Shown: one piece after another, positions 31,855 through 42,823 of the stretch
Layout: each line of letters begins with the position of its first letter
Position numbering within the stretch: the stretch's first letter is position 1
NCBI GenBank assembly: GCA_964542675.1
Contig: CAZIUH010000001.1
Location: 1 to 63,940 of the forward strand
Length of the DNA stretch: 63,940 nucleotides
Source of the DNA: an uncultured Candidatus Saccharibacteria bacterium
Lineage (GTDB): Bacteria > Patescibacteriota > Minisyncoccia > Phycocordibacterales > PALSA-1337
Direction: 5' to 3'
Made by a program: the position numbers and the translations under genes
Notes under the pieces: generated by a model
What the model was told of the DNA's origin: nothing
Seen by the model: only the letters and a program-made list of their open reading frames with translations
The model's database searches: none

Positions 31855-32212
31855 ATACCGCCCGTCAACCCAAGGGAGTCGGAGGTGCCCGAAGTCTCGC
31901 TTTACGCGGGCCTACGGCAAATTCGATGACAGGGGGTAAGTCGTAACAAGGCACGGGTAGCGGAAGCTGCTCGTGGAATATTTCAAGTGAAAATCGTTCT
32001 CTCGGATTTCGATCCAAGAGAACTTATGTCGATGTTAATAATCAGAAACTAGTTTACTAGTGGCTGATTACAAAATAGGTGTATCGCTCTTCGACCGTAA
32101 ACGAGAGCGCTTAGTTCCCGAAGATAGGGGACACACATGGGCAATTACAATTGGATTGCTCATGGACGAACGGAACAAAATAGAGAGCAAAAACTATAAA
32201 ATATGCATAGCA

Positions 32213-32250
32213 AACACCGCGAAATAGAGCGGTTTTTTGCGTGCTTGACT
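32213..32250 (+). repeat. 38-nt terminator-plus-promoter-like repeat, copy 1
   Basis: aacaccgcgaaatagagcggttttttgcgtgcttgact is identical to 39328-39365. Confidence 0.85.
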
Positions 32251-32370
32251 GACTTTAGATATAAAACCTGAGAGATAATATCGATAGGATCATGGTCTGT
32301 GGAAAAGGTTGTATTGTATTCGAAAACATAAAGATGTATCATGAATAATAATATAATATATATAAAAAAT

Positions 32371-34410
32371 ATGCGTTTCTTATTTTCCATTTTTTTGGTA
32401 ACAATGATATCAATTTTCAATATCGCTTGTGCCGGTTCATTGACTCCAATAGCTTCACCGGCTGCCTTGGGTTACACTGCCGCCGACCTTTTCAACAGAT
32501 TAAGCGCAAATACAACGGCAGTCGCGGGCGATCACAGTTTTACTCCAACGACGACTCCGCAATCAACTTTTCAAACCTTGAGCGATATCTACACCGCTAT
32601 CCCCACGATTTATCCGACCGACTTTCTGGCTAGCTCAACCTATCTCGGCATAACCGGTACTATCGCTGTCAAAACCGGTGATAACGCGATTACAACTAGC
32701 GCGACTTCAACGAATAAACTTCTTCTTACTGTTCCCGGCGGCTTCTATGACGGCACAGTCACGGTTTCCACGACAAGTACGGCATTCACGGCCGCCAATA
32801 TAAAAATTGGCGCGTATCTTTTCGGCATCGTCGGTTCTCTCCTTGAAGCCTTGGGCGACGCCAGCGCCGGTGACGTACTTTCGGGAAAAACATTTAGCAA
32901 TAGTACGGCTTCGAATATAACAGGCACCATTCCTGTAAAAACCGGTGATGACACTGCCTCGTCCACCGCTACAAGCACGCAAAAGATTTTGCTGGCCCCA
33001 GCCCCGGGTTACTATGACGGCGTGGCCACGGTCTCCACTACCAGCGTTGGTTTTGACCCGACCAATATCAAAAACGGCACATATCTTCTAGGCATGACAG
33101 GAACATATTCCGGCTATCCCGGTTCGGGTTGGACGGCGAACGCCGGCACGGTCGGTGTTGATCCGGGTACGACTCCCTTGAATCAGACGACTTGTGACGC
33201 ACAAACGACCGCCAACTGGGCTTGGTTTGCTGATATGAATAACGATGGCGATACGACGGATGCCGAAGACGGCGTTTGCGTGCAAACAAAAGCCAATCAA
33301 TCGGCTCTGCCGAATGTGACCTGGAATGGCGCGATTTTGATAGGCGCGGCACGTGCGTCAACCACGGCCAGCGGTGGAACATACAATACTATCACGACAG
33401 CCACCACTCTGACGGCCAATATTTATGCCAGCACAACCGTGAGATTTGCTTCGGCTACGAATTCCTGTTTCGGAATAGGGAGAAGTAATACGACGGGTTC
33501 AATAACGATTTACGGACAATGGCTTAAGGATGATTATAGCGACTGTCCCGCGGTCCCGGCGAATGGAGATACATTCCAAATATATCAAGACGGCAAATAC
33601 GATAATTCATGGATAGGAGATTATACTTGCGCGGGCAATTTTCCGGGGGGCACGGTTGTGGCCGGAAGTAATCCATCCTCCGACGATACCGGCGCTCTGG
33701 CAAGCGCGGACTGTTTTGACGGCAAGAGAGATCTTCTGCCGAATGAAACCGATAGGGCCGTTATGGGTGGTACGATTACGGCCATTGTGAATGATGCTGT
33801 AACGGGCACAAGCACCATTACCGATAGCAATTTGACGGGCAGTTTTGATGATAACGCGTATGTTGGTCAAAAATTACTGATTACAGCCGGTACGGGCGCG
33901 GGTTCGTGGGGAATAATTGAAAGGAATACAAGCATCTCCAGTTCAACAAATGTGACGGCGTGGAGCGCTACGACGCCTGAAGTCGGTTCAAGTTACCAGA
34001 TTATTTATATTATTCCTAGAGGTTATCTGTATGGATCGTTCGATGCCAAACAAAACAACGGTCCTCTGACTACTGAAGCGTTGAAATCATGGAAGGGTAC
34101 TAGATTACCGACATCCATGGATTGGTTCGGTTATTGCGGCAAAAGCAGTGCCACAACAGCCGCTGGCAATGGCGCGTATGTGGTCAATTCAGCTGATCCT
34201 TATTCATTAAGCAAAACTTATGGCAACTATGGCGGCCAGTTGGGTCGAACAAATCAGCTTTTGAACTTGGCAAACTCTGGTAATTATGAGTGGCTTTCCG
34301 AGCCGAGCAACATCTATAATGCGAGGGTAGCCGGTATTTACGCTTGCTCGTACATCAATCACTATAGTGTCAACAATAGTTACCGTTTCCGAGCCGTGTT
34401 TCGCCCCTAG
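32371..34410 (+). CDS. DGR target protein (putative lipoprotein, C-type-lectin-fold/DUF1566-like variable C-terminus)
   Basis: MRFLFSIFLVTMISIFNIAC lipobox-like signal and a Thr/Gly-rich repetitive body. The last 40 aa are encoded by the VR. An alternative ATG lies at 32341. Confidence 0.8.
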   Translation: MRFLFSIFLVTMISIFNIACAGSLTPIASPAALGYTAADLFNRLSANTTAVAGDHSFTPTTTPQSTFQTLSDIYTAIPTIYPTDFLASSTYLGITGTIAVKTGDNAITTSATSTNKLLLTVPGGFYDGTVTVSTTSTAFTAANIKIGAYLFGIVGSLLEALGDASAGDVLSGKTFSNSTASNITGTIPVKTGDDTASSTATSTQKILLAPAPGYYDGVATVSTTSVGFDPTNIKNGTYLLGMTGTYSGYPGSGWTANAGTVGVDPGTTPLNQTTCDAQTTANWAWFADMNNDGDTTDAEDGVCVQTKANQSALPNVTWNGAILIGAARASTTASGGTYNTITTATTLTANIYASTTVRFASATNSCFGIGRSNTTGSITIYGQWLKDDYSDCPAVPANGDTFQIYQDGKYDNSWIGDYTCAGNFPGGTVVAGSNPSSDDTGALASADCFDGKRDLLPNETDRAVMGGTITAIVNDAVTGTSTITDSNLTGSFDDNAYVGQKLLITAGTGAGSWGIIERNTSISSSTNVTAWSATTPEVGSSYQIIYIIPRGYLYGSFDAKQNNGPLTTEALKSWKGTRLPTSMDWFGYCGKSSATTAAGNGAYVVNSADPYSLSKTYGNYGGQLGRTNQLLNLANSGNYEWLSEPSNIYNARVAGIYACSYINHYSVNNSYRFRAVFRP

Positions 34411-34416
34411 TCGTCT
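34288..34416 (+). repeat. DGR variable region (VR)
   Basis: 129 nt aligned without gaps to the TR at 35587-35715. There are 10 differences, and every one is at an adenine of the TR. Confidence 0.9.
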
Positions 34417-34502
34417 TGTGTGATTTGATTATTTTGTTATTCTGCGATTCGGGAGGTGATTAGTTGACTTGATTTTTTTGTTTAGTCATGTAATATATAA
34501 AT

Positions 34503-34730
34503 ATGAAACATATTATTCAGTTTCAAATTTCTAGAGGAGATACACAGTATATTGCTCAAGGTATTGAGCTTGCTATTGTAACTCAAGCCAAGACCTTGGA
34601 TGAGTTGGCTAAGAATATTCTCGAAGCTACCGCTTTGCATCTCGAGGATGAAAATCCTGCAGATTTTGGGTTATTCCCCTCACCTTCAGTTTTTGTAAAT
34701 TTCGAATTACCACAAGTCCAATATGCTTAG
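34503..34730 (+). CDS. hicB: HicB-family antitoxin
   Basis: 75 aa, UPF0150/HicB-like N-terminal fold sequence. Overlaps hicA by 8 nt. Confidence 0.6.
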   Translation: MKHIIQFQISRGDTQYIAQGIELAIVTQAKTLDELAKNILEATALHLEDENPADFGLFPSPSVFVNFELPQVQYA

Positions 34731-34965
34731 ATTGAAAGTCCTTAGTGGTTCCGATATAGTCAAAATTTTAGAATGTTTTAGTTTTTTTGTGGTTAAACAA
34801 CGGGGTAGTCATATCAAGTTGAAAAGATTACTTGGTGATGGGACAAAACAGGTTCTAACGGTCCCCAATCATAGAGAAATTGATAGGGGAACATTGAATG
34901 GGATTATTCAGCAATCCTCTCAATACATTCCTGAAACTGAATTACGAAAACATTTTTACAATTAA
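34723..34965 (+). CDS. hicA: HicA-family mRNA interferase toxin
   Basis: LSGSDIVKILECFSFFVVKQRGSHIKLKR...TVPNHREIDRGTLNGIIQQ matches the YcfA/HicA pattern. Confidence 0.7.
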   Translation: MLRLKVLSGSDIVKILECFSFFVVKQRGSHIKLKRLLGDGTKQVLTVPNHREIDRGTLNGIIQQSSQYIPETELRKHFYN

Positions 34966-35020
34966 TTTTTTGGGATATGTCAGGAGACTTCGCCTCCCGA
35001 AAGATGCTGTATTCAACTAT

Positions 35021-35374
35021 ATGGCTCGATACGATCATTTACCCATCTTCAAAAGTGTTTATGCGCTTTGTTTGTTGGCATACAAACTGACACACAATTT
35101 TGGTAAAGATTACAGATACACCCTTGCCGAGAGGATGAAGGAAATCGCTCACGATATGCTGGATCTATTGATTGAGACCAATTCCGCAATTAATTCAGAG
35201 AAGGCAAAATTGCTGGATTCACTTTCTCTGAAGATGGAAAAATACAAAATGTATACGCGCATATCATGCGATCTTAAACTCATTTCTCCTGAATCATTAG
35301 GGAAAGTGACTGAAACGCTGGAAGAGATAGAGAAACAGACAACTGGATGGAAAAAATGGGCGCAAAACACATAG
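35021..35374 (+). CDS. avd: Avd-like DGR accessory protein (four-helix bundle)
   Basis: 117 aa, Y..LPIFKSVYALCLLAYKLTHNFGKDYRYTLAERM...GWKKW pattern. Lies immediately upstream of the TR on the same strand. Confidence 0.65.
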   Translation: MARYDHLPIFKSVYALCLLAYKLTHNFGKDYRYTLAERMKEIAHDMLDLLIETNSAINSEKAKLLDSLSLKMEKYKMYTRISCDLKLISPESLGKVTETLEEIEKQTTGWKKWAQNT

Positions 35375-35478
35375 GTCAAACTTATGTAGTATGCTATTAT
35401 ATATTAGCCAGAGTCCTCGTTTGCTACGGCGGCGGGGAGCGTGCAAAGAGATGACAGCTTTCATCGCCGGATATAACA

Positions 35479-35495
35479 GGAGGTGTCACCTCCCG
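35479..35495. repeat. palindromic 17-mer GGAGGTGTCACCTCCCG, copy 1 (avd-TR spacer)
   Basis: Exact motif read in the sequence. Confidence 0.9.
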
Positions 35496-35586
35496 AGAAA
35501 ATATTCGGAATATATGAGAAATAGGTGTCCTCGTCTTCGGGCGAACCCGCTTATGGACTATTCTTAGAATGAAAGCAATATTTTGG

Positions 35587-35715
35587 GAGTGGCTTTCCGA
35601 GCCGAACAACAACAATAATGCGAGGATAGCCGGTAATAACGCTTGCTCGAACATCAATAACAATAATGTCAACAATAGTTACCGTTTCCGAGCCGTGTTT
35701 CGCCCCTAGTCGTCT
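35587..35715 (+). repeat. DGR template region (TR)
   Basis: Adenine-rich (AAC-codon-rich) copy of the VR. Would encode EWLSEPNNNNNARIAGNNACSNINNNNVNN... Confidence 0.9.
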
Positions 35716-35727
35716 CACAAAATGGTG

Positions 35728-36939
<1,212 letters not shown>

Positions 36940-37078
36940 TGGGATTTGGAATATGACTAAGTTCATATAACTAGTATAGTTATGCACATTTACAATCTAG
37001 ATAACGATCCAATATCAGTGTAACATATACAGCATGTGTTTCTCCGCTATTCGGTTTGGAAGATGTTGGAGACCAAAC

Positions 37079-38836
37079 ATGATTGCCTTGACATCAAAAG
37101 CAATGATGGTTTTTTTGTGTCTCATTATTTCAATATTCGTACGCGTGAATCCGTCATACGCTTCAGAAACCGACGGCGTAATAGACACGACCAGTCACTA
37201 TGCTTATATGGAAATTGGTAGCTGGCTCGATTTCGGCAGAACCCAAGGTAATGTCCATGTTACGGATTCGGCGCTCTCAGGCTATGCCTGGAGTCCGGAA
37301 CTCGGCTGGATATCCCTTAATTGCGCCAATAATAATACTTGCGGTGACGTCAATTATAAAGTAACGAACAATTCTGAAGGCGTCCTGTCCGGTTATGCTT
37401 ACGGCGAAATAACCGGTTGGATTAATTTCGCTCCAATTTATGGCGGCGTCGTTATCGATCAGAATGGAGTATTCACCGGTTATGCTTACGGCGACGAGGT
37501 CGGTTGGATTGTTTTCAATTGTCTGACCACATCGTCATGCGCGACTGTGTCATACGCCGTGAAAACGGATTGGCGACCGGAAAGCTCCAGATCATCCGCA
37601 GTGTCTAATATCGTTTCAAGTAGTGGTTCTTTCAGGCGCTATATATTGCCGATAATCGAACAAAACGCGAACATTATTGACACTGTCAAAAATATCTTAC
37701 CTGATTGGCTGAAAAAAGGGTCGGTTACAACGCCATCTTTGCCTTCTGTGGAAAAAAGCGTGACCAAGCAGGCGCCAATAGCTCTCTCGGGGAAATGGCA
37801 ACTAATACCTTCCACGGCAATTTCAGGATTTGTTTTGGCGCCATTACCGAAAGAAGTGCAAACATTACTTTCAAAGTTTCCCGATCTCAAGAAAACCTTC
37901 ATTCAAATTGGCATCAATAAAATGAGTGATTTGAACAAATTGAAGAATACGACCTTCTTTCTGCCGGGCATAGCTAAAGAAACCGGAATCGCTGGAGGCG
38001 TAAGCGTGCCGCTCTCAACTCTGTCAAATAAGCAAAAATTGAATTTGCCGTCAAATGTAGTTTTTGTGAAAGCGGGAGATTTTCTGGATTACAATATTTC
38101 TCTAACTATTTCCGATGATGGGACGCCCGAACAAAAAATTACGACAGTCGTTGGCAAACCGATAGATTTGGCGATCAAAGTAGATAAGCCCGCAAAGAGC
38201 ATTCGAGGATATTTGACAGTTATGGATCTGGGACGAGAACAAGCCAAACGGTCCGTGCCGGCGAATTCTCAATTGGCCGCGCCTATTATGGCCGTAATGA
38301 ATCTATCACCGATTTCCCCAGAAAATGTTACCGTGGAACAAAAGATAGTTCTGGACAGTTTCGAATACGCCGATCCTGACAATGATGGCATATACACGGC
38401 GCATATAAACGCGCCCTTGGTTCACGGCCAATACGAAATCATCTCAATAGTTGAATACAAAGATTCAGTTTTGGCCAAAAAAGAACTACGATTGACAGCG
38501 GTCATAGATCCTGAAGGATACGTTTACGAGGAGAAGGGTAACAAGGAATTGCGCATTCCAGATGCGATCGTAACATTATTATGGCAAAATCCCGATGGCA
38601 AAACATTTGAACGTTGGCCGGCAAAGGATTTCCAACAAGCAAATCCCCAGAAAACGGACAAAAGCGGCAGTTATTCATTCCTGGTGCCGGAAGGAGAGTA
38701 CAAATTGACCGTTTCGGCGCCTGATTATTATAGTTTTGAAAGCTTCGTATTTACCGTTGAGGAAGGTCGAATCGTCCATGAGAATATCGCGCTCAAACCC
38801 AAGAGGTGGTGGAGAACATTATTTGGTTTGCATTGA
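37079..38836 (+). CDS. secreted repeat protein with C-terminal carboxypeptidase-regulatory-like beta-sandwich
   Basis: Signal/TM peptide. Three GYA(W/Y)..E.GWI.(F/L)N repeats. C-terminal SGSYSFLVPEGEYKLTVSAPDYYSF. Confidence 0.55.
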   Translation: MIALTSKAMMVFLCLIISIFVRVNPSYASETDGVIDTTSHYAYMEIGSWLDFGRTQGNVHVTDSALSGYAWSPELGWISLNCANNNTCGDVNYKVTNNSEGVLSGYAYGEITGWINFAPIYGGVVIDQNGVFTGYAYGDEVGWIVFNCLTTSSCATVSYAVKTDWRPESSRSSAVSNIVSSSGSFRRYILPIIEQNANIIDTVKNILPDWLKKGSVTTPSLPSVEKSVTKQAPIALSGKWQLIPSTAISGFVLAPLPKEVQTLLSKFPDLKKTFIQIGINKMSDLNKLKNTTFFLPGIAKETGIAGGVSVPLSTLSNKQKLNLPSNVVFVKAGDFLDYNISLTISDDGTPEQKITTVVGKPIDLAIKVDKPAKSIRGYLTVMDLGREQAKRSVPANSQLAAPIMAVMNLSPISPENVTVEQKIVLDSFEYADPDNDGIYTAHINAPLVHGQYEIISIVEYKDSVLAKKELRLTAVIDPEGYVYEEKGNKELRIPDAIVTLLWQNPDGKTFERWPAKDFQQANPQKTDKSGSYSFLVPEGEYKLTVSAPDYYSFESFVFTVEEGRIVHENIALKPKRWWRTLFGLH

Positions 38837-38912
38837 CGCGAACAAAGTTGGATTATTTGTGTCATCAATATTGCTTGTGATTAATAAAATTATTAAAATA
38901 TAAACGAATACC

Positions 38913-39269
38913 ATGAATAAGCGCTTAATACTTATCATTGTTATAGGAATTCTCGCCATAGGGAACGCGTATTTCATTTCACGGAATTATATTCTCTCAA
39001 GAAATCTGACGGCGGTCTCGAGTGAAGCTAGTTCATTTGAGACAAATAAGAAGGTATTGAACTTCTCGCAACTCTTCGTCGATTTAGTCTTGAATTCAAA
39101 ATCCGAAATTGATTTTGACACGCGTCTTCGACTCGAGAATGCCGTGAGAGATATCAAGGATTCGGAAATCCTGAATCAATGGAATAAATTCGTAAATAGT
39201 GCCACGGAATCGCAAGCTCAAGAGGAAGTGAAAAGCCTGCTTACTCTACTCATAAAAAAGATTCAATGA
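38913..39269 (+). CDS. membrane-anchored hypothetical protein
   Basis: N-terminal TM helix. 118 aa. Confidence 0.45.
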   Translation: MNKRLILIIVIGILAIGNAYFISRNYILSRNLTAVSSEASSFETNKKVLNFSQLFVDLVLNSKSEIDFDTRLRLENAVRDIKDSEILNQWNKFVNSATESQAQEEVKSLLTLLIKKIQ

Positions 39270-39327
39270 TTTTGAGACAGGATAAAGATGTTTAAGGGAT
39301 ATTTCTCATGACTATGTTAAATAGCAG

Positions 39328-39365
39328 AACACCGCGAAATAGAGCGGTTTTTTGCGTGCTTGACT
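39328..39365 (+). repeat. 38-nt terminator-plus-promoter-like repeat, copy 2
   Basis: Identical to 32213-32250. Confidence 0.85.
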
Positions 39366-39414
39366 TTGTATCTACAATGTGATACGATTATCACGAATAG
39401 TTACGCGGCCAAAC

Positions 39415-39660
39415 ATGGTTGCGAAAAAAAGTAAGAAAATGAAAACAAATACGGAAACCAACACAAATGGTTGGAATGAGATGGTCGATAGGGTTTCATG
39501 TCCGCCGGCCAAAATCCCGGCGCAGGGGTTTGAGCAATGGTTAGCCGACATGAAGGTCATAGTCGGCCAAAATCAAACCATCCTCATGTGGGTGGCCGGG
39601 ATCTTATTCTTGCTGTTTGTGTTCGGTCCGGCTGTAGACTGGCACTACGTCAATAAGTAA
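39415..39660 (+). CDS. small hypothetical membrane protein
   Basis: Lys-rich N-terminus and one C-terminal TM helix. ATG at 39415 lies within the GTG-initiated track ORF. Confidence 0.3.
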   Translation: MVAKKSKKMKTNTETNTNGWNEMVDRVSCPPAKIPAQGFEQWLADMKVIVGQNQTILMWVAGILFLLFVFGPAVDWHYVNK

Positions 39661-39761
39661 GATTTTCCGGGTCCGTTCGAGCGCCAGTGGGTTCATTCCT
39701 CTGGCGCTATTTTCATTTTCTAATTTGCCATTCAAAGGAAACTATCATAGCATTGGATCAC

Positions 39762-39843
39762 GGGCGCGTGGCGGAACTGGCATACGCGTACGCTTCAGGA
39801 GCGTATGGAGCAATCCTTGGAGGTTCAAATCCTCTCGCGCCCA
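39762..39843 (+). tRNA. tRNA-Leu (anticodon CAG), type II with long variable arm
   Basis: Hand-folded cloverleaf: acceptor gggcgcg/cgcgccc, anticodon stem tacgc/gcgta, loop ttCAGga, variable arm gga-gcaa-tcc, T arm ggagg-ttcaaat-cctct. No encoded CCA. Confidence 0.85.
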
Positions 39844-39919
39844 CGAGTATTAAATATTTTCAATACTCTGAATATTTACTGGCAATTCTCTGATTTTTTT
39901 GCTACATTTCTCCTATGCG

Positions 39920-39992
39920 GCGCGCATAGCTCAGTTGGTAGAGCATTCGACTGATACTCGAAAGGTCCTAGGTTCGAACCCTAGTGCGCGCA
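39920..39992 (+). tRNA. tRNA-Ile (anticodon GAU)
   Basis: Acceptor gcgcgca/tgcgcgc, D arm gctc-agttggta-gagc, anticodon stem ttcga/tcgaa, loop ctGATac, T arm ctagg-ttcgaac-cctag. No encoded CCA. Confidence 0.9.
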
Positions 39993-40028
39993 CACGATAA
40001 AAATCCGCGAAAGCGGATTTTTGAGTGG

Positions 40029-40150
40029 GCGCGCAAGCAAGCACCCTTCGGTGCTTGCGTCTAGGATTCGAAAAGGCTGAACATATTCCGACATATGTCG
40101 GAATGTGAAGCCTGTACCGTTCCCGTAGGGAAAGAACCCTAGTGCGCGCA
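40029..40150 (+). pseudogene. tRNA-Ile-derived remnant / tRNA-like structured element
   Basis: Same acceptor halves (gcgcgca ... tgcgcgc-a). The D/anticodon region is replaced by unrelated hairpins. The last 27 nt (40134-40160) are identical to 39976-40002. Confidence 0.5.
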
Positions 40151-40273
40151 CACGATAAAATTGAGAGATTCTGGATTATTCGCGTTATTTTGTCTAAACT
40201 CAGAATGTATCATTTCCTGTCAAGAATGCTACAATATCATCATATCAGCAATATTAAACATCAATAATATTTT

Positions 40274-41224
40274 ATGAACACAAGGATGACTCCGAAGGAT
40301 TTTTTTCTTCATCTTGGCGCCACGATCGTGCTTTATGCGACCGCTATCGCGCTTATCAATTTAGTTTTCAGTGTTATCAATTATTTCGTACCCGATCAAT
40401 TGGCCGGGTATTTCCACGTAAATTCAGTTATCTGGCCAATTTCCATGCTTATAGTTCTGATTCCTCTCCTCTATGTTCTTGAATGGTTGACAAATCGCGA
40501 TATTGGATTTGTGCCCGAAAAAAGAGAGATTTGGATTCGGCGTTGGAGAATATATTTGACTCTATTTTTGGCCGGTGCCGCTATTGTCGGCGATCTTATA
40601 ACACTTATCAACACATACTTGAATGGGGAAATTTCCGGCAGATTCGTTTATAAAGTTCTGGCGGTATTCATTATCTCTGTTGTAATCTTTATATTCTATT
40701 TACTTGAATTGTCCGCTGAACCGAAGAGAAATACTCGCAAAACTATTGCCACAATTGGAATCATTGTGGCTATCGCGGCCATATTTGCCGGATTCGTCAC
40801 GGTTGGTTCTCCAGCCAAACAACGAGCGTTCAGATTTGACGATCAACGCGTAAATGACTTGACCAACATTCAATGGCAGATCATAAATTATTGGCAAAAG
40901 AAAGGAACAATACCGAAAGTTTTGTCAGAATTAAATAATGATATTGCGAATTATTCCGTGCCGAAAGACCCAGTGACTAAAACCGATTATGAGTACTCAA
41001 CTACCGGTAAAACAACTTTCCAATTGTGTGCCAGTTTTGCCCTAGAATCACAGGATTTGGCGAATAGGGGGGCAAATAGGAGTGGTGAAATCGTAAGTGT
41101 CGCGCAAGATTATTATGTTCCCGGAAATTCGAATGACAGTTGGAATCATAAAGCCGGAAAAAACTGCTTTGAAAGAACTATTGACCCTGAAAGGTATCCA
41201 GTAAAACCGAATGCCGTTTACTAA
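40274..41224 (+). CDS. polytopic membrane protein (DUF5671-like N-terminus), unknown function
   Basis: Five to six TM helices followed by a soluble C-terminal domain. Confidence 0.5.
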   Translation: MNTRMTPKDFFLHLGATIVLYATAIALINLVFSVINYFVPDQLAGYFHVNSVIWPISMLIVLIPLLYVLEWLTNRDIGFVPEKREIWIRRWRIYLTLFLAGAAIVGDLITLINTYLNGEISGRFVYKVLAVFIISVVIFIFYLLELSAEPKRNTRKTIATIGIIVAIAAIFAGFVTVGSPAKQRAFRFDDQRVNDLTNIQWQIINYWQKKGTIPKVLSELNNDIANYSVPKDPVTKTDYEYSTTGKTTFQLCASFALESQDLANRGANRSGEIVSVAQDYYVPGNSNDSWNHKAGKNCFERTIDPERYPVKPNAVY

Positions 41225-41225
41225 T

Positions 41226-42275
41226 ATGAATACAGAAAGGAGGACAAAGATCGTCTGTACTATTGGACCCGTAAGCGAGGGCCAAGATAAAACAATTGAG
41301 CTTATAAGCGCCGGCATGGATATCATGCGTCTTAATTTCTCACATGGTGATTTTGAAGTACATCAAAAGCGAATTGATAACCTTCGAAATGTGCTGGAAA
41401 AAAATGGAAAAAAAGTTATGATTATGCAAGATTTGAGCGGTCCTAAGATTCGTATCGGATCGTTTAGGAATAATATGGTTGCGCTGAAGAAAGACCGGGA
41501 TTTTATACTGACGACGGACGATTGCGTGGGCGATGAAAGTCGGGTTCATATCAGTTATTCCGATCTGCCGAATGAAGTGAAGATTGGAGGCGTTATTTTT
41601 CTTCAAGACGGTACAAAGAAGCTGCAAATAATCAATATCAAAAATCACGATATCATTACAAAAGTCACAACCGGGGGTACTTTGGCGGATCACGCCGGCG
41701 TGAATGTTCCGGGAGCGAATCTATCCGTGAAAGCGCTTACTGAAAAGGATAAAATTGATGTTGAATTCGGAATAAAAAATAATGTTGATTTCGTGGCGCT
41801 ATCTTTCGTCCATACGGCGCATGATGTGGAAGAACTTCGGCGTATTTTAGAGTCAAAAAATTCTAAAGCGCAAATTATAGCGAAAATTGAGACGCCGAAA
41901 GCGGTAAAAAATATTGATGAGATCATTCAAGTATCTGATGGAATAATGATCGCGCGCGGCGATCTCGGCATTGAAATTCCAGCCGAAGAAGTGCCTTTGG
42001 TTCAAAAAATGATAATCAAAAAATGCAATGAGGCGAGCAAGTTCGTGATAACGGCAACGCAAATGCTTGAATCAATGATGAAAAATCCTGTACCGACGCG
42101 AGCTGAGGTTTCCGACGTTGCTAACGCGATTATTGATGGCACTGACGCCGTCATGCTTTCTGAAGAGACGGCTCTAGGCGATTATCCCGTGGAATCGTTA
42201 AAAGAGATGGTGAATATCATTTTAAGCACTGAAGGAGGATTACGGACAGGAAAAGTAGATCTGAAATATGATTAA
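41226..42275 (+). CDS. pyk: pyruvate kinase, short form lacking the C-terminal regulatory domain
   Basis: [11 protein letters not shown]...[11 protein letters not shown]...[12 protein letters not shown]...MLSEETA motifs. Only about 349 aa. Confidence 0.85.
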   Translation: MNTERRTKIVCTIGPVSEGQDKTIELISAGMDIMRLNFSHGDFEVHQKRIDNLRNVLEKNGKKVMIMQDLSGPKIRIGSFRNNMVALKKDRDFILTTDDCVGDESRVHISYSDLPNEVKIGGVIFLQDGTKKLQIINIKNHDIITKVTTGGTLADHAGVNVPGANLSVKALTEKDKIDVEFGIKNNVDFVALSFVHTAHDVEELRRILESKNSKAQIIAKIETPKAVKNIDEIIQVSDGIMIARGDLGIEIPAEEVPLVQKMIIKKCNEASKFVITATQMLESMMKNPVPTRAEVSDVANAIIDGTDAVMLSEETALGDYPVESLKEMVNIILSTEGGLRTGKVDLKYD

Positions 42276-42316
42276 AAACCTTGCAATTTTCGCGTATCTT
42301 TGTTAGTCTGCTCCGT

Positions 42317-42739
42317 ATGTTAGCAATCCGATTACAGAGGACAGGACGCAAGCACGAACCGACTTTTCGTGTGGTTTTGACCGATTCCAAGAATGGTCCG
42401 AAAAGCGGCAAATATCTGGAAAATCTCGGTTGGTACGATACTCGCCTCAAGAATAAGCCAGAGCAATTGAAGATAGAAGAGATCAAGTCTTGGATGTCAA
42501 AAGGTGCCAAACTTTCATTGACTTTGCATAATTATCTGGTTTCTCAAAAAATAATTGAAGGTAAGAAGCTGAACGCCTTGCCGAAGAAGTCTCCGATCAA
42601 GAAAGACGAGTCAAAAGATGGTGTCAAAGAAGCCGCCAAAGAAGTAGTGAAGGAAACTGTTATAGAAACTCCAGTGGAAACAAAAGAAACCGTTGTTACT
42701 CCAGTCGCAGAAACACCTGCTACAACTTCTGAAGCATAA
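42317..42739 (+). CDS. rpsP: 30S ribosomal protein S16 with Lys/Glu/Thr-rich C-terminal extension
   Basis: MLAIRLQRTGRKHEPTFRVVLTDSKNGPKSGKYLENLGWYD. Confidence 0.9.
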   Translation: MLAIRLQRTGRKHEPTFRVVLTDSKNGPKSGKYLENLGWYDTRLKNKPEQLKIEEIKSWMSKGAKLSLTLHNYLVSQKIIEGKKLNALPKKSPIKKDESKDGVKEAAKEVVKETVIETPVETKETVVTPVAETPATTSEA

Positions 42740-42823
42740 TATCGATTGACGCGTTTCCGTCATCTGATACAATACTTCGTAGTACAGCGAACTGTACGAT
42801 TATTAGTTAGCAATCTGAATAAA

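Noticed and set aside
30354-31929. ORFs 30354-30563, 30476-30697, 30994-31296 and 31744-31929 inside the 16S rRNA
   Set aside because: They overlap rRNA exons or intron non-coding cores and have no motifs. They are treated as spurious.
35424-35675. 83-aa minus-strand ORF overlapping the TR
   Set aside because: It is the antisense reading of the adenine-rich TR and the avd-TR spacer. It has an implausible composition and no start context.
39687-39893. 68-aa ORF in the track
   Set aside because: It is the translation of the tRNA-Leu(CAG) gene and its flanks.
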